A model generated the notes under the pieces. It was not told the origin of the DNA. It did not search any database and was given only the letters and a program-made list of their open reading frames with translations. A DNA stretch of 64,000 nt from a virus: the IMG/VR virus record IMGVR_UViG_3300046810_000466, positions 1 through 64,000 of that record; one strand, 5' to 3'. How positions within the stretch are numbered: the first letter of the stretch is position 1; each line of letters opens with the position of its first letter. Below are positions 1 to 9,788 of this stretch, piece after piece. The position numbers and the translations under genes were made by a program.

Positions 1-804
1 GCTATTGGCAGCGATAGCGCCGTCAGCCAGTGCACCAGGATTGGCAACGGTCACGCTGACCGAGAAGCCCAGACGAACTGGCGCTTTATCGCGACGGTTC
101 TGACCAGCGGCATCCACATAACGCATGGTTGCCGCGTGCATTGGTTGCGTCGGGTCTTGCGCCAGCGTCACTGCGCCAGAGAAGGTTGCGCCGTCCAGAC
201 GAGCGTAGATGCCAGCCAGCAGCGCTACCAGATCGGCAGCAGCCACATTGGACGTGCCGGTCACGCGACCGTAGGCATCTTGGGTGAACTTCTTGAAGGC
301 GCCACCGCCAGCATCGGTAACGGTTGCCAGATCCAGCGCAACGTCGCCAGCGATACCGGAACCATTGGCCACCGTCAGGCGGGCATTGGATGCGGAAGTG
401 ATCGAACGCTGTGCCCATGTATCAGCAGCGGTGCGCACTGCAAAGCCAGTACCAGCCAGTGCTTCCAGCGCAGCCATGTCATTGGCCAGCGCGAAGGTTG
501 GATTACCAGCGTCACCCGCTGGATTGGTGATAGTAATGCCAGCCGCAGGCGCTACCAGTTGACGCATGGCGTAGGCACCAGCCGCAGTGCGGTGGATAGC
601 GCCACCAGTATTGAGCGCAGCGATCGCGTCGAGGGCTGTACTCCAGGCCTGCACATTGGTGCCGATCTCAACACCGAGTTTGATACGGGCACCAGCTGGC
701 GTGATTGCACCAGTACCACCCATGTTGGTATCGATGTAGTCGCCAGCTTGGAGCTGTTGAACGTCGCCCAGGTTACTGAGGACTAACGGTTTCTTTTGAG
801 CCAT
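1..804 (-). CDS. Tail fiber protein, N-terminal part (runs off the left edge)
   Basis: Not in the ORF track because it is truncated. ATG at 804 follows an A/G-rich RBS-like stretch, and the frame is open to position 1: MAQKKPLVLSNLGDVQQLQAGDYID...GGTGAITPAGARIKLG...AGNPTFALANDMAALEAL...DAYGRVTG...PTQPMHAATMRYVD. These are typical fiber shaft motifs. Confidence 0.8.
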   Translation of the reverse strand, partial: MAQKKPLVLSNLGDVQQLQAGDYIDTNMGGTGAITPAGARIKLGVEIGTNVQAWSTALDAIAALNTGGAIHRTAAGAYAMRQLVAPAAGITITNPAGDAGNPTFALANDMAALEALAGTGFAVRTAADTWAQRSITSASNARLTVANGSGIAGDVALDLATVTDAGGGAFKKFTQDAYGRVTGTSNVAAADLVALLAGIYARLDGATFSGAVTLAQDPTQPMHAATMRYVDAAGQNRRDKAPVRLGFSVSVTVANPGALADGAIAANS

Positions 805-819
805 GATGATTCTTTCTTT

Positions 820-1392
820 TTAGAGGGCGATAGTTCGGTCGATGCGGATGATGAGTTCTGTTTCAGTCAGGGCGTACCCGACTGGACAGAGATGATGCCC
901 AGGTTCAGAGGAGGGATAAGGCGTGATTCGGCCTGCCGCGATATCGAGGTAGTAGGTGCGGTCAGGAATCAACCCACCTGCTAACCCGGTCGTAGTCTCC
1001 CACTGCTCTCTGGAGCCTGTCAACGTACCGGTTGACAGAACGGAGCCACGTCCTGACTGACTGAGAATCAAGTCGTCAGCGACTAATCCGATCACATTTT
1101 TTTGGGTGACGGATGATGCATTTGCTGGTGCTCCCAATCCCGGCCCTGGCGCATACACCGCCATACCCAAGATCAAATCAGCGTTACTGGTGTTGACGAT
1201 AGGGATGGCTTGGAGCAAGCGAAGTTTGGTTTGGGATTGGGCGGCGAGTTTCGCGAGGGAAGGATAAGAGCCACTAACGCCTTGGACATCAACTGACGCA
1301 TCACCACGGGTGTAGTCATCGGCGAGTCCTGAGGCGTTTTTGAATCGCGCAATGGCTTCTTGAAGGGATTGCTCTTGGGTGGTGTCGGGCAT
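820..1392 (-). CDS. Tail-fiber-associated protein (fiber-type N-terminal anchor plus a small DUF2190-like beta domain)
   Basis: 190 aa. The N-terminus (RGDASVDVQGVSGSYPSLAK) resembles the N-termini of the 912-aa and 2053-aa fibers. The C-terminal part has 'GMAVY...IGLV...G.L...YYL...G.IT...VGYA'. Confidence 0.6.
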   Translation of the reverse strand: MPDTTQEQSLQEAIARFKNASGLADDYTRGDASVDVQGVSGSYPSLAKLAAQSQTKLRLLQAIPIVNTSNADLILGMAVYAPGPGLGAPANASSVTQKNVIGLVADDLILSQSGRGSVLSTGTLTGSREQWETTTGLAGGLIPDRTYYLDIAAGRITPYPSSEPGHHLCPVGYALTETELIIRIDRTIAL

Positions 1393-1407
1393 GCTGGCCT
1401 CTTGGCG

Positions 1408-1902
1408 CTATGGTCGCGGAAGATGGTGGTTCATGAAGTCAAACAACTCATCGCTATTCGGAGGCAGGCCATACAACAACGCGACCTCTGCTGTACCAGT
1501 CCAACCAAGCGAATCATCTTTTGCAACTACCTGCACCGTAACGGTGTCCCCTACTTGAAGTTCAGGAACGTCCAATGCTGTTAGGTCTTGGAGAGACAAC
1601 TGCACTTCTGGATGTTGATTAAGGTGAGCAATGATGGACTCAGAACTAATGGGTATTTCTGACATCAGGCCAGAAGTCGAAGCTTTGGCTAACTCGATGC
1701 GGCTGTAGAACACATCGACACTTCCTTTATATCCCGATTCAGGGGCAGCGTCAACTGTCAAACGTGTGTTATGCAACTGCCCAAGGTCTTGCACTGGTGT
1801 CCGATAAGCTACATCGGAGGGCTTCAGCGGGACTGCGAGTACGTTCGCCGCATTGATCAACTCAACAATTTTATCTTTGGTTGTCATGGGGAATATTGCC
1901 AT
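1408..1902 (-). CDS. phiKZ-like small virion/tail adapter protein (paralog 1 of 4)
   Basis: 164 aa. Motifs LINAAN..., HNTRLTV...GYKGSVDVFYSRI...SLGWTG are shared with the ORFs at 8975, 15164 and 15848. Confidence 0.65.
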   Translation of the reverse strand: MAIFPMTTKDKIVELINAANVLAVPLKPSDVAYRTPVQDLGQLHNTRLTVDAAPESGYKGSVDVFYSRIELAKASTSGLMSEIPISSESIIAHLNQHPEVQLSLQDLTALDVPELQVGDTVTVQVVAKDDSLGWTGTAEVALLYGLPPNSDELFDFMNHHLPRP

Positions 1903-2024
1903 AGAGAAATAAACAACAGAAATGTTACTTTTATAACGTTACTGCTTTAACAAACACGGAGGATTACCGTCTGCATAGGATGAAATATAAAAATATTGAA
2001 CAAAAGAAAAAGTCATAGCTAACG

Positions 2025-2052
2025 CTCCTTCCCACCTTTTGGTGGGAAGGAG
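2025..2052 (-). terminator. Intrinsic terminator after the protease gene
   Basis: Perfect 12-bp stem CTCCTTCCCACC-TTTT-GGTGGGAAGGAG. A T-rich tract follows on the minus strand. Confidence 0.75.
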
Positions 2053-2056
2053 TTGG

Positions 2057-2632
2057 TTAGTTGTAACGACCAATACCTTGGCGCCATGCAGCAACTCGTT
2101 GACACTGATACGGACGATCCTGTTTACACAGGGTTTCCATGAATGTCAGCGCTTGATCTACCTTTTCATTTGGGTAAATCGTTACAGCGTAAACATTGGC
2201 GATCCGTTCATACGTTTCTTCCGAATGCATTTGAATGTTACTGCGGCGTTCTTCGAGCAGCTTTGGGTAGTGGAGAAAAGAGATAGCATGACCCCATTCA
2301 TGGGCAATGATAATGTCTTGTTCTTGTTTTGGTAGTTCACACATGTCCGTATTGAGACGAATGATGAACTTGACAGCATCAGTATCAGCCCATCTGCCTG
2401 CATGGCCATTCAGACGAACAAAGCGATAGCGCTTGATAATTTCGCCATGCTCAACCGATACTTGGGATAATGTCCGAGCACGGGCTGCTTCAAACTCCTG
2501 TTCTGCTCGCAGCATGCAGCGCTCAACGTCTATGCCCTTGATGGTAACCGAATGTTCGACGACGGACGCAGCTTCTTGAGAGAACGAGTTCAGCGAAAAT
2601 AACAGGCACAAAGTAAAAAGGAATTGTTTCAT
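2057..2632 (-). CDS. Putative exported zinc metallopeptidase (HEXXH; M48/IrrE-like)
   Basis: 191 aa. Signal-peptide-like N-terminus MKQFLFTLCLLFSLNSFS, 'EQDIIIAHEWGHA' zinc motif, and a downstream 'ERIANVYA' third-ligand-like helix. Confidence 0.65.
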   Translation of the reverse strand: MKQFLFTLCLLFSLNSFSQEAASVVEHSVTIKGIDVERCMLRAEQEFEAARARTLSQVSVEHGEIIKRYRFVRLNGHAGRWADTDAVKFIIRLNTDMCELPKQEQDIIIAHEWGHAISFLHYPKLLEERRSNIQMHSEETYERIANVYAVTIYPNEKVDQALTFMETLCKQDRPYQCQRVAAWRQGIGRYN

Positions 2633-2684
2633 GGTTAGCTTTCACAGTAAAGGTGGGAGAGTACATCTGGTTTATTCTTCCCAC

Positions 2685-2708
2685 TGAGAATATAGACTTG
2701 AAAAAATC
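2685..2708 (-). promoter_or_regulatory. Possible early-type promoter of the protease gene
   Basis: The minus strand reads GATTTTTTCAAGTC-TATATTCT, a variant of the phiKZ early consensus TATATTAC with an AT-rich upstream tract. Confidence 0.3.
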
Positions 2709-2725
2709 TATTGCAACAGCATACA

Positions 2726-2749
2726 GCCAGGGCACTTTCGTGCCCTGGC
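2726..2749 (-). terminator. Hairpin/terminator after the giant fiber gene
   Basis: GCCAGGGCAC-TTTC-GTGCCCTGGC, a perfect 10-bp stem preceded by GCATAC. Confidence 0.65.
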
Positions 2750-2773
2750 CTTAGCTTACAACTTTACTTCTTA

Positions 2774-5700
2774 TTACGCGTACGCAACTGCACTAGCCAG
2801 AGCCGCATCCATCGTCCACGGAATCTGATACGTATCGCTATCGATTGCCGCGACAACTGAAGCCAGCGTATAGCCGCCACTCGAACCCAGGAACAGTTTA
2901 TTGTTCGCGGTGGAAACACTGGTCCAAGCTGTTGAGGCTTTTGGCAGTGTACGAGTGGTCCACGTAATACCATCCGGTGACGTGATCAGGGTCGATGAAC
3001 CTTGACCCAGAGCAACGAACAACGAGCCAACACAACCGGTGAACGCCCAGGTACTGCCAGTTGGAGCTGGCGGCATGGTACGTACGGTCCATGTAGCACC
3101 GTCTGGGGAGGTCAATGCAAAGCCCGTGGTACTAAACGCGCAGAACACCGAACCATTCCAATACACCGACGTGAATGTCGCTGCACCGATACCGTTACCG
3201 ATATCGCCAGTCGACCACGTAGCGCCGCCATCGGCAGAAGTCAGCGCCAGACTACCGCTGATCATGCAGTAGATCCCGAGGGATTGACTCCATGCTACCG
3301 CGCCTTGAACAGTGCCACCACCACCTGGCGTAACCGCAGTCCAGGTAATGCCATCTGGCGACGTCATGACCGTGTTGGAGCTGACGAGTACGAACGTGCC
3401 ATTACCAGTTGTCATTGACACCCAAGTCAACGAGTTAGGCAAGACACGTTGAGTCCATGTCGCACCGTCTGGCGACGTCGCTGCAATCGTACCGCCTGGA
3501 ATAACTGCGCAGAACACTGTTCCGTTCCACGCCACGTACTTCCAGTTACCAGCAACTGGCATTGGGCGCTGTGTCCAGTTGATGCCATCCACCGAAGTCA
3601 GCACGAAGGTCGCACCAGTCACACCGTTAACCGTCGCAACATACACACTGCCGTTCCATGCGACTTGGTTAACGGAGAGCGCAGCACTGACATGACCCGT
3701 GTACAGGCTCACTGCATCCGAGCTATACACGTTGATACCCGCGTTTGCCAAGAACAGACCTTTACCAGCGCCACTGGCCGTAGCTACCGGCGCTGCTGTG
3801 ATCGGAAGCGCCGTACTGCGTTGCGTCCATACACCACCGTCAAGACTGGTATACGCAGCAGATGCAGTGCTAGGGACGATCACAAATGAACCGCCCACAA
3901 CACCGCAAAGTGACATGCTCGCAAAGGTAGGATTGGCAGTCGGAGTTGCCCACGTAATGCCATCAGGGCTAGCGATACCGTTCTGGTTAGCCAGAGCTAT
4001 GGCAGCGAAAGTACTATTGCCGTAAGCAACTCCAGCCCACGTCCCACTCGGTACTACCCGTTGAGTCCAGGTGATCCCGTCTGGCGAGGTGGAACCATTC
4101 GTGCTATTGCCAAGGGTAACAAACACACCGTTACCGAAAGCAATCGAACTCCAGTTAGAACTAGCCGACAACACCCGTTGAGTCCAGGTAATGCCGTCCG
4201 GTGATGTTGCGGCCACCGAACTACCAGTTCCAACAGTAACGAACACGCCGTTACCAAACGCCACAGCGCGCCAGTTGACGTTCGTTGGCAAGACGCGCTG
4301 CGTCCAGGTGATACCATCTGGGCTAGTAGCAGCGATAGTACTGCTGCCAGCAATGGCAACGAACACACCGTTGCCGAACGTGATCCCTTGCCAGTTAGCA
4401 CTTACAGGCAAGACCCGTGCTGTCCAAGTGATGCCGTCTGGTGACGTAGCGGCGATAGTACTGCCCCATGCAACAGCACAGAACACCGTGCCATTCCATG
4501 CAACGGAATACCAACCACTGCTCGACGGCATTGCCCGTTGAGTCCAGTTGATACCATCCGGGGATGTCGCCGCAGTTGTGCTACCGTTCGCAACCGCAAC
4601 GAAGAGACCGTTGCCGAACGTAACTGACTGCCAGCTGACACTTGCAGGCAGAGCACGCAGTGTCCAAGCGATACCGTCTGACGACGTTGCTACCGTGGTG
4701 CTGCTTTGTCCGATTGCGACGAACACGCCGTTACCGAAAGCCATGCATGCCCAGCTAGCAGCAGACGGCAACTTCGGCGTGTACCAGGTCAGCGCATCTG
4801 CACTCGAATAGATTGCAGAGGCCGAATTAACTACGAACTTCGAACCATTGTGCGCCAATCCCGCCTGAACAACTGCAGCCGGAAGAGAAGCATGCTGCCA
4901 CTTCAGACCATCGGTGGTGCTGCACAAAGTGCTCGAGGCGCCCGTACTTGCTATTGCAACCCGTGTACCAGACGACGCATTGATAAAACTCAATGCGGTA
5001 TAGCTCAGCATCTTTCGAGTCCAAGTCACACCGTCTGGCGACGTAGTGGCAAAGGTGCTATTACTAGCTACGGCACAGAACACGCTACCGTTCCAAACGA
5101 TTGACACCCATCCACCACCGCCAGATGGCGCGGTTGCCGAAGTCCAGGTAATGCCGTCTGGCGACGTAGCAACGGCACTACTACCGTTTGCAACAGCGCA
5201 GAACACCGTACCGTTCCACGCGATCGCAGTCCAGTTCAAACTACTCGGCAAGACGCGCTGCGTCCAGGTGATACCATCTGGGCTAGTGGCCGCGATGGTG
5301 GCACCGTTTGCAACAGCAACATACACACCGTTACCGTAGGTGACGGCTTGCCAAGTGGTGCTAACAGGCAAGACACGCTGTGTCCACGTGATACCATCCG
5401 GGGATGTCGCAGCGATGGTAGTGTTGTAGGCAACAGCAACGAACACGCCGTTGCCGAACGTAACTGACTGCCATGCACTACTTACTGGTAATGCCCGCTG
5501 GGTCCAGGTAATGCCGTCTGGCGACGTCGCAGCAATCGAACTACCGTTTGCGACGGCGACAAAGACACCGTTGCCGTAGGTCATTGACTGCCAGCTAACG
5601 CCTGCTGGCAAGACACGTTGTGTCCAAGTCACACCGTCTGGCGACGTCGCTGCAATGGTACTGCCCAGTGTAACGGCAACGAACACACCGTTACCGTAGG

Positions 5701-8700
5701 TGACGGCTTGCCAGTTAGCGCTCACCGGCATTGCGCGAAGCGTCCAGTTGATGCCGTCTGAGCTGGTGGCGGCGAGACCGCTGCTTTGTGCGATAGCAAC
5801 GAAAACACTGTTACCAAAGGCGACTGATTTCCAGGTGATACTCGCCGGCAGTTCCTGATTTTTAACTGTCCAGGTAATGCCATCCAGGGAAGTAGCCACC
5901 GCTGCATTGCCGCCGGTTGCTGTGGCGCAGAACATGCTACCATTCCAAGTAAGGCCATACCAGCTAGCACTCAACGGCATCACGCGTTGTGTCCAAGTCA
6001 CGCCATCTGGGCTGGTGGCTGCGATGGTGCCGGCACTGGCCACTAACGCGCAGAACACTGTTCCGTTCCAAACAATCGTTTGCCAGCTAGCACTTACTGG
6101 CAAGACGCGCTGCGTCCAGGTAATGCCGTCTGGCGATGTTGCTGCGATGGAAGTGCCACTTGCTACGGCGCAGAAGACGGAGCCGTTCCAAGCGATTGAC
6201 GTCCAGGGGCTACTCACTGGCATGGAACGTGCTGTCCATGTAATGCCGTCCGGAGAGGTAGCTGCAACGATATCGCCGAAGATAACAGCGCAGAACACAC
6301 TGCCGTTCCATGCAACGGAATACCAGTTACCACTCTGAGGCATCGCGCGTTGGGTCCACGTGATGCCGTCTGGACTGGTCACTGCGATACCTGTGGTGGA
6401 TGACACAATAACAAAGGTGCCATTGCCATAGGCAATATCTGTCCAGCTAGCACTTACTGGCAAGACGCGCTGCGTCCATGTGATGCCGTCGGTGGACGTC
6501 GCGGCATTAACCGAGGCGTTTGCCGTAACGACGAAGATGCCGTTGCCGAAAAAGAGGTTTGACCAGTTACCGCTTGTTGGCATGGTGCGCCGGGTCCAAG
6601 TCACCGCATCTGGCGATGTCGCTACAATGTTATTGCTGGTGGCGACGAAGATGCCGTTGCCGAAAGCAACCGATCCCCAGTTATCGGTCGTTGGCAACAG
6701 GGCATTGGCAGCAATCCAAGTTACGCCGTTATCATTACTGATGTAGACGTTCGTAATTGCCACCGCGATCAAGCGCGCGCCAACAGAAGTAATGGAGGTA
6801 CCGGCGCTGCCTGGCACAAGACGCAATGTCCAGGTAATGCCATCTGGCGATGTGGCGACCACGTTACGAAGGCTGGATGCAGCGCAGAACACCGTACCGT
6901 TCCAGGTAATCGACTGCCATGCTTCCGATGCTGGCAATTTCGACTTAGTCCAGGTCAGGCCGCCATCGGTACTGTAGGCCGCAGCATCTGAACGAGTAGC
7001 CGCCGCTGGACCAGACACAGCCACGTAACGATCACCGCCGAAAGCCATTGCCGTCCAACCGGTCGAGTATGGCATAGCTGGCATCATATCCGTCAGTGAC
7101 GTGACCATGCCGTCAGGCAGAGCCAAGGAAGCCAGATCCGTATTCGCGGCTTTCGATACAGCGCCGCCGCGAGTCGTAACCTGATAACCTGCCAGCTGAA
7201 TGCCTGCGGTAACATCATCCAACAGTGCCACTGTACCACTCTTGTTGGGCAGGTCGTATTGACGTTCTGTGGTGTTGGTGTTACTGAACAGCGACGTGAT
7301 GGTGCCGGCGACGTTCTTCATCTTCAGCTGGTACGACGCGGACAGGCCAGCGTAGCCGTTGGCGGCATCGCGCGCCGTAACGTTTTCTGGCACATAACCA
7401 ATATTTGTCTCCAGCACATCCCAGTTAGCGGCATTTTGCCCTGGATTGTCAACCAGCGCCCGCACGGAATCGCCAACGGCAACCGCAACTCCACTCAGTT
7501 GACCTGCCACCGAGATGAAGAACAAGTTACCTTTCTTGATAGCGCCGCCGGCGCCAGTTCCGCCGGTAGCTGGGTACGCGTTGCCTGAAGCGTTCCAGCT
7601 GCCACAATCAACGACAACGCCAGTGGTAACAGCGTCGACCAGCGTCTTTACAGCCAAGGACGTGGGGTAGGTTACGTCGCTTGGAGCGCCGAAATTAACC
7701 ACCTTGTTCGCAACAGCTTCCGCACCCAGCGAAGCCAGTGTCTGGTCACCCGTGTTGCTGCCGGTAACAACAGTTGCACCCAACTTGGCCAAGAGGCCCG
7801 CTTGTGTCTCATCACCGGTATTCGAACCAGTTACTGCGGTGGCGCCGAGTTTGCCCAGAATACCAGCCTGGGTCTCATCGCCAGTATTGGCGCCGGACAG
7901 GGTGCTGATGCTCAGTTTCGATTTGATGGACGCAGTAGTTTCATCACCGGTATTGCTGCCGCTCACCTGATCGAGGGCGGCACGGTTAGTGTGGTCAATC
8001 GCCGCTTTCTCGGCAGGAGTAACGAACACCTTGGTGCCTGATTCCGTGATCGAAGCGGCAGGCTGCGAACCGGTGTGATTGGCGCGATCGAGCAGGAACG
8101 CATCGGCCTGGTTGGCAGTGAAACCGGCAGGATTGGAAGCGTTGTAGGGAACGAAGCCCAAGTTCGACTCCATGCCGTCCCATTTCGCAGCCACTTGACC
8201 TGGATTGTCTTCCAGGGCACGGAAGCTGTCGCCCACGTTGTACGACACGCCACCCAGAACACCAGGAGCGTTAACGTACCACAGGTTGCCCTTTTGGATG
8301 GAGCCGTCTACGGCCGAGCCACCGGTGGTTGGGAACAGGCCGCCGGATGCATCCCAGCTGCCGCGGTCATTGAGAACACCGACCAACGCGGAGTCGATGG
8401 CGCCTTTGACGGCCTTCGTGGTTGGATATTTTTCGTCGTTGACCACGTTGAAGTTGGTCGCTTTGTTAGCCGAGACTTCTTTCGTTGCCAGTGCCGAATT
8501 GACGGCAGACTGTTGGGCAAAGATGATGTTGGCGTCAATCAGCTTCTGTTCGATACCTGCGCCGGTTTCATCACCAGTGTTGACACCGGTAACTTGATCG
8601 AGAGCGGTGCGATTTGCATGCACGACACCTTCGACGGCCGTTTCCACATCGGCTTGGGTAGCCAGATGGATGTCAGCATTTTCCAGCTTCGCCATGATAC

Positions 8701-8935
8701 CAACAGCAGTCTCGTCGCCGGTATTGGCATCAGCCACGGCTTGAACTTGATCAGCCAGACCGGAGTAGTCGCCGAGGATATTCTTTTGGAGTTTACGGAT
8801 CGAATCAATTGATCCGCCACCAGGCAGGGCTGCGCTGGTTTCGTCGTCGCCTGTGACGACGGTGTGCATAATTGCACTGTCAGCAACGAAGGAAGCTTTC
8901 GCGGCTTCCAGGTCTTGATCATTTACTGGGGGCAT
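2774..8935 (-). CDS. Giant tail fiber/receptor-binding protein with multiple Asp-box (BNR) beta-propellers
   Basis: 2053 aa. N-terminal anchor, NTGDET shaft repeats, two 'GSW(D/N)AS..TGG..I.KGNL' modules, then ~34 repeats of ~40 aa ending in S.DG.TWT. Confidence 0.85.
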   Translation of the reverse strand: MPPVNDQDLEAAKASFVADSAIMHTVVTGDDETSAALPGGGSIDSIRKLQKNILGDYSGLADQVQAVADANTGDETAVGIMAKLENADIHLATQADVETAVEGVVHANRTALDQVTGVNTGDETGAGIEQKLIDANIIFAQQSAVNSALATKEVSANKATNFNVVNDEKYPTTKAVKGAIDSALVGVLNDRGSWDASGGLFPTTGGSAVDGSIQKGNLWYVNAPGVLGGVSYNVGDSFRALEDNPGQVAAKWDGMESNLGFVPYNASNPAGFTANQADAFLLDRANHTGSQPAASITESGTKVFVTPAEKAAIDHTNRAALDQVSGSNTGDETTASIKSKLSISTLSGANTGDETQAGILGKLGATAVTGSNTGDETQAGLLAKLGATVVTGSNTGDQTLASLGAEAVANKVVNFGAPSDVTYPTSLAVKTLVDAVTTGVVVDCGSWNASGNAYPATGGTGAGGAIKKGNLFFISVAGQLSGVAVAVGDSVRALVDNPGQNAANWDVLETNIGYVPENVTARDAANGYAGLSASYQLKMKNVAGTITSLFSNTNTTERQYDLPNKSGTVALLDDVTAGIQLAGYQVTTRGGAVSKAANTDLASLALPDGMVTSLTDMMPAMPYSTGWTAMAFGGDRYVAVSGPAAATRSDAAAYSTDGGLTWTKSKLPASEAWQSITWNGTVFCAASSLRNVVATSPDGITWTLRLVPGSAGTSITSVGARLIAVAITNVYISNDNGVTWIAANALLPTTDNWGSVAFGNGIFVATSNNIVATSPDAVTWTRRTMPTSGNWSNLFFGNGIFVVTANASVNAATSTDGITWTQRVLPVSASWTDIAYGNGTFVIVSSTTGIAVTSPDGITWTQRAMPQSGNWYSVAWNGSVFCAVIFGDIVAATSPDGITWTARSMPVSSPWTSIAWNGSVFCAVASGTSIAATSPDGITWTQRVLPVSASWQTIVWNGTVFCALVASAGTIAATSPDGVTWTQRVMPLSASWYGLTWNGSMFCATATGGNAAVATSLDGITWTVKNQELPASITWKSVAFGNSVFVAIAQSSGLAATSSDGINWTLRAMPVSANWQAVTYGNGVFVAVTLGSTIAATSPDGVTWTQRVLPAGVSWQSMTYGNGVFVAVANGSSIAATSPDGITWTQRALPVSSAWQSVTFGNGVFVAVAYNTTIAATSPDGITWTQRVLPVSTTWQAVTYGNGVYVAVANGATIAATSPDGITWTQRVLPSSLNWTAIAWNGTVFCAVANGSSAVATSPDGITWTSATAPSGGGGWVSIVWNGSVFCAVASNSTFATTSPDGVTWTRKMLSYTALSFINASSGTRVAIASTGASSTLCSTTDGLKWQHASLPAAVVQAGLAHNGSKFVVNSASAIYSSADALTWYTPKLPSAASWACMAFGNGVFVAIGQSSTTVATSSDGIAWTLRALPASVSWQSVTFGNGLFVAVANGSTTAATSPDGINWTQRAMPSSSGWYSVAWNGTVFCAVAWGSTIAATSPDGITWTARVLPVSANWQGITFGNGVFVAIAGSSTIAATSPDGITWTQRVLPTNVNWRAVAFGNGVFVTVGTGSSVAATSPDGITWTQRVLSASSNWSSIAFGNGVFVTLGNSTNGSTSPDGITWTQRVVPSGTWAGVAYGNSTFAAIALANQNGIASPDGITWATPTANPTFASMSLCGVVGGSFVIVPSTASAAYTSLDGGVWTQRSTALPITAAPVATASGAGKGLFLANAGINVYSSDAVSLYTGHVSAALSVNQVAWNGSVYVATVNGVTGATFVLTSVDGINWTQRPMPVAGNWKYVAWNGTVFCAVIPGGTIAATSPDGATWTQRVLPNSLTWVSMTTGNGTFVLVSSNTVMTSPDGITWTAVTPGGGGTVQGAVAWSQSLGIYCMISGSLALTSADGGATWSTGDIGNGIGAATFTSVYWNGSVFCAFSTTGFALTSPDGATWTVRTMPPAPTGSTWAFTGCVGSLFVALGQGSSTLITSPDGITWTTRTLPKASTAWTSVSTANNKLFLGSSGGYTLASVVAAIDSDTYQIPWTMDAALASAVAYA
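2830..7075 (-). repeat. ~120-bp coding tandem repeat array (~34 units)
   Basis: Consensus QRVLPxSxxWxxVx(F/Y)GNGVFVAV or WNGTVFCAV...IAATSPDGITWT. Identical DNA stretches include 4287-4327 = 5247-5287 and 6083-6118 = 6443-6478. Confidence 0.9.
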
Positions 8936-8974
8936 GATTTATTTCCTTTGAAATTACATCAGGTGCGACAACAT

Positions 8975-9658
8975 TTATTGCGGAGCACTCGGAGCGATGG
9001 AGGTGTAGTTCCAGTAGCCAGGAGTAGCCATCATGGACAGCGTTTCATTCAACGCGCCAGCAACAACCACCATTGGTGGCGGCAGCTCAGGATCGCCGTT
9101 TGGATAATGCAGACCGCCCAGTTGGGTATACTGAATGTTATCCAGATCCCAAGCATCCGGGAGAATGCGGAGGTTAACGCCACCAACGAAGATCTTACTC
9201 GCCGCGTTCGCTTCAAAGCGCACATACGCGTTAGCGTACGGGGGCGGTCCTTCGAACACAGGGAGTTGAGCATCGAACACGTCTTCAGGGCGAAGATTGA
9301 TGCGATAGAATTCGTTGATATCGGGCAGCAGATCGAGCAAGTTGTCGTGCTCATTCTTAGCGATGCCGTCGATGGTGTAGGGATAGCGAGTCGATTCCGT
9401 GTCGTCCGTACGGAACATGTCACGGACACGAATGCGATTGTACTTGATGTTGGCTTGGTTGATATAGCCTGAGTTTGCGGCCGGTGAAACAGTCAACGCC
9501 GTACGGGTGTTGTTGAATGTTTCGCGGCCGGAAACAGGATCGGGGGCGATCGAGATCGAACTGAGTACAACGTCGGAAGGTTTGATGTTCCGGCCGTTCT
9601 CCTCATTGATCAAGGCCACCAAGATCGAATCAGGATCTTGAGTGAGGTCAATTGCCAT
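8975..9658 (-). CDS. phiKZ-like small virion/tail adapter protein (paralog 2 of 4)
   Basis: 227 aa. ILVALINEEN...SGYINQANIKYNRI...INEFYRINLRPEDV...SKIFVG. Confidence 0.65.
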   Translation of the reverse strand: MAIDLTQDPDSILVALINEENGRNIKPSDVVLSSISIAPDPVSGRETFNNTRTALTVSPAANSGYINQANIKYNRIRVRDMFRTDDTESTRYPYTIDGIAKNEHDNLLDLLPDINEFYRINLRPEDVFDAQLPVFEGPPPYANAYVRFEANAASKIFVGGVNLRILPDAWDLDNIQYTQLGGLHYPNGDPELPPPMVVVAGALNETLSMMATPGYWNYTSIAPSAPQ

Positions 9659-9743
9659 GACTTGTGCCGTTTACAAAAGAGGTTTAACTACGAGCGTGAG
9701 GCATACGATAAAGTAAAAAAATATCCATTGAAATACCGTGACA

Positions 9744-9776
9744 CACCCTGTATCCTCACAGGAGGATACAGGGGTG
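9744..9776 (-). terminator. Hairpin/terminator
   Basis: CACCCTGTATCCTC-ACAG-GAGGATACAGGGGTG, followed by CTATGC. Confidence 0.65.
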
Positions 9777-9788
9777 CTATGCTCTTAT

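Noticed and set aside
136-786. 216-aa plus-strand ORF
   Set aside because: It is an antisense shadow of the truncated minus-strand tail fiber gene starting at 804.
2830-7075. Regularly spaced ~120-bp repeats as a possible CRISPR array
   Set aside because: The repeats are degenerate at third codon positions, in frame within one ORF, have no unique spacers, and there are no cas genes.
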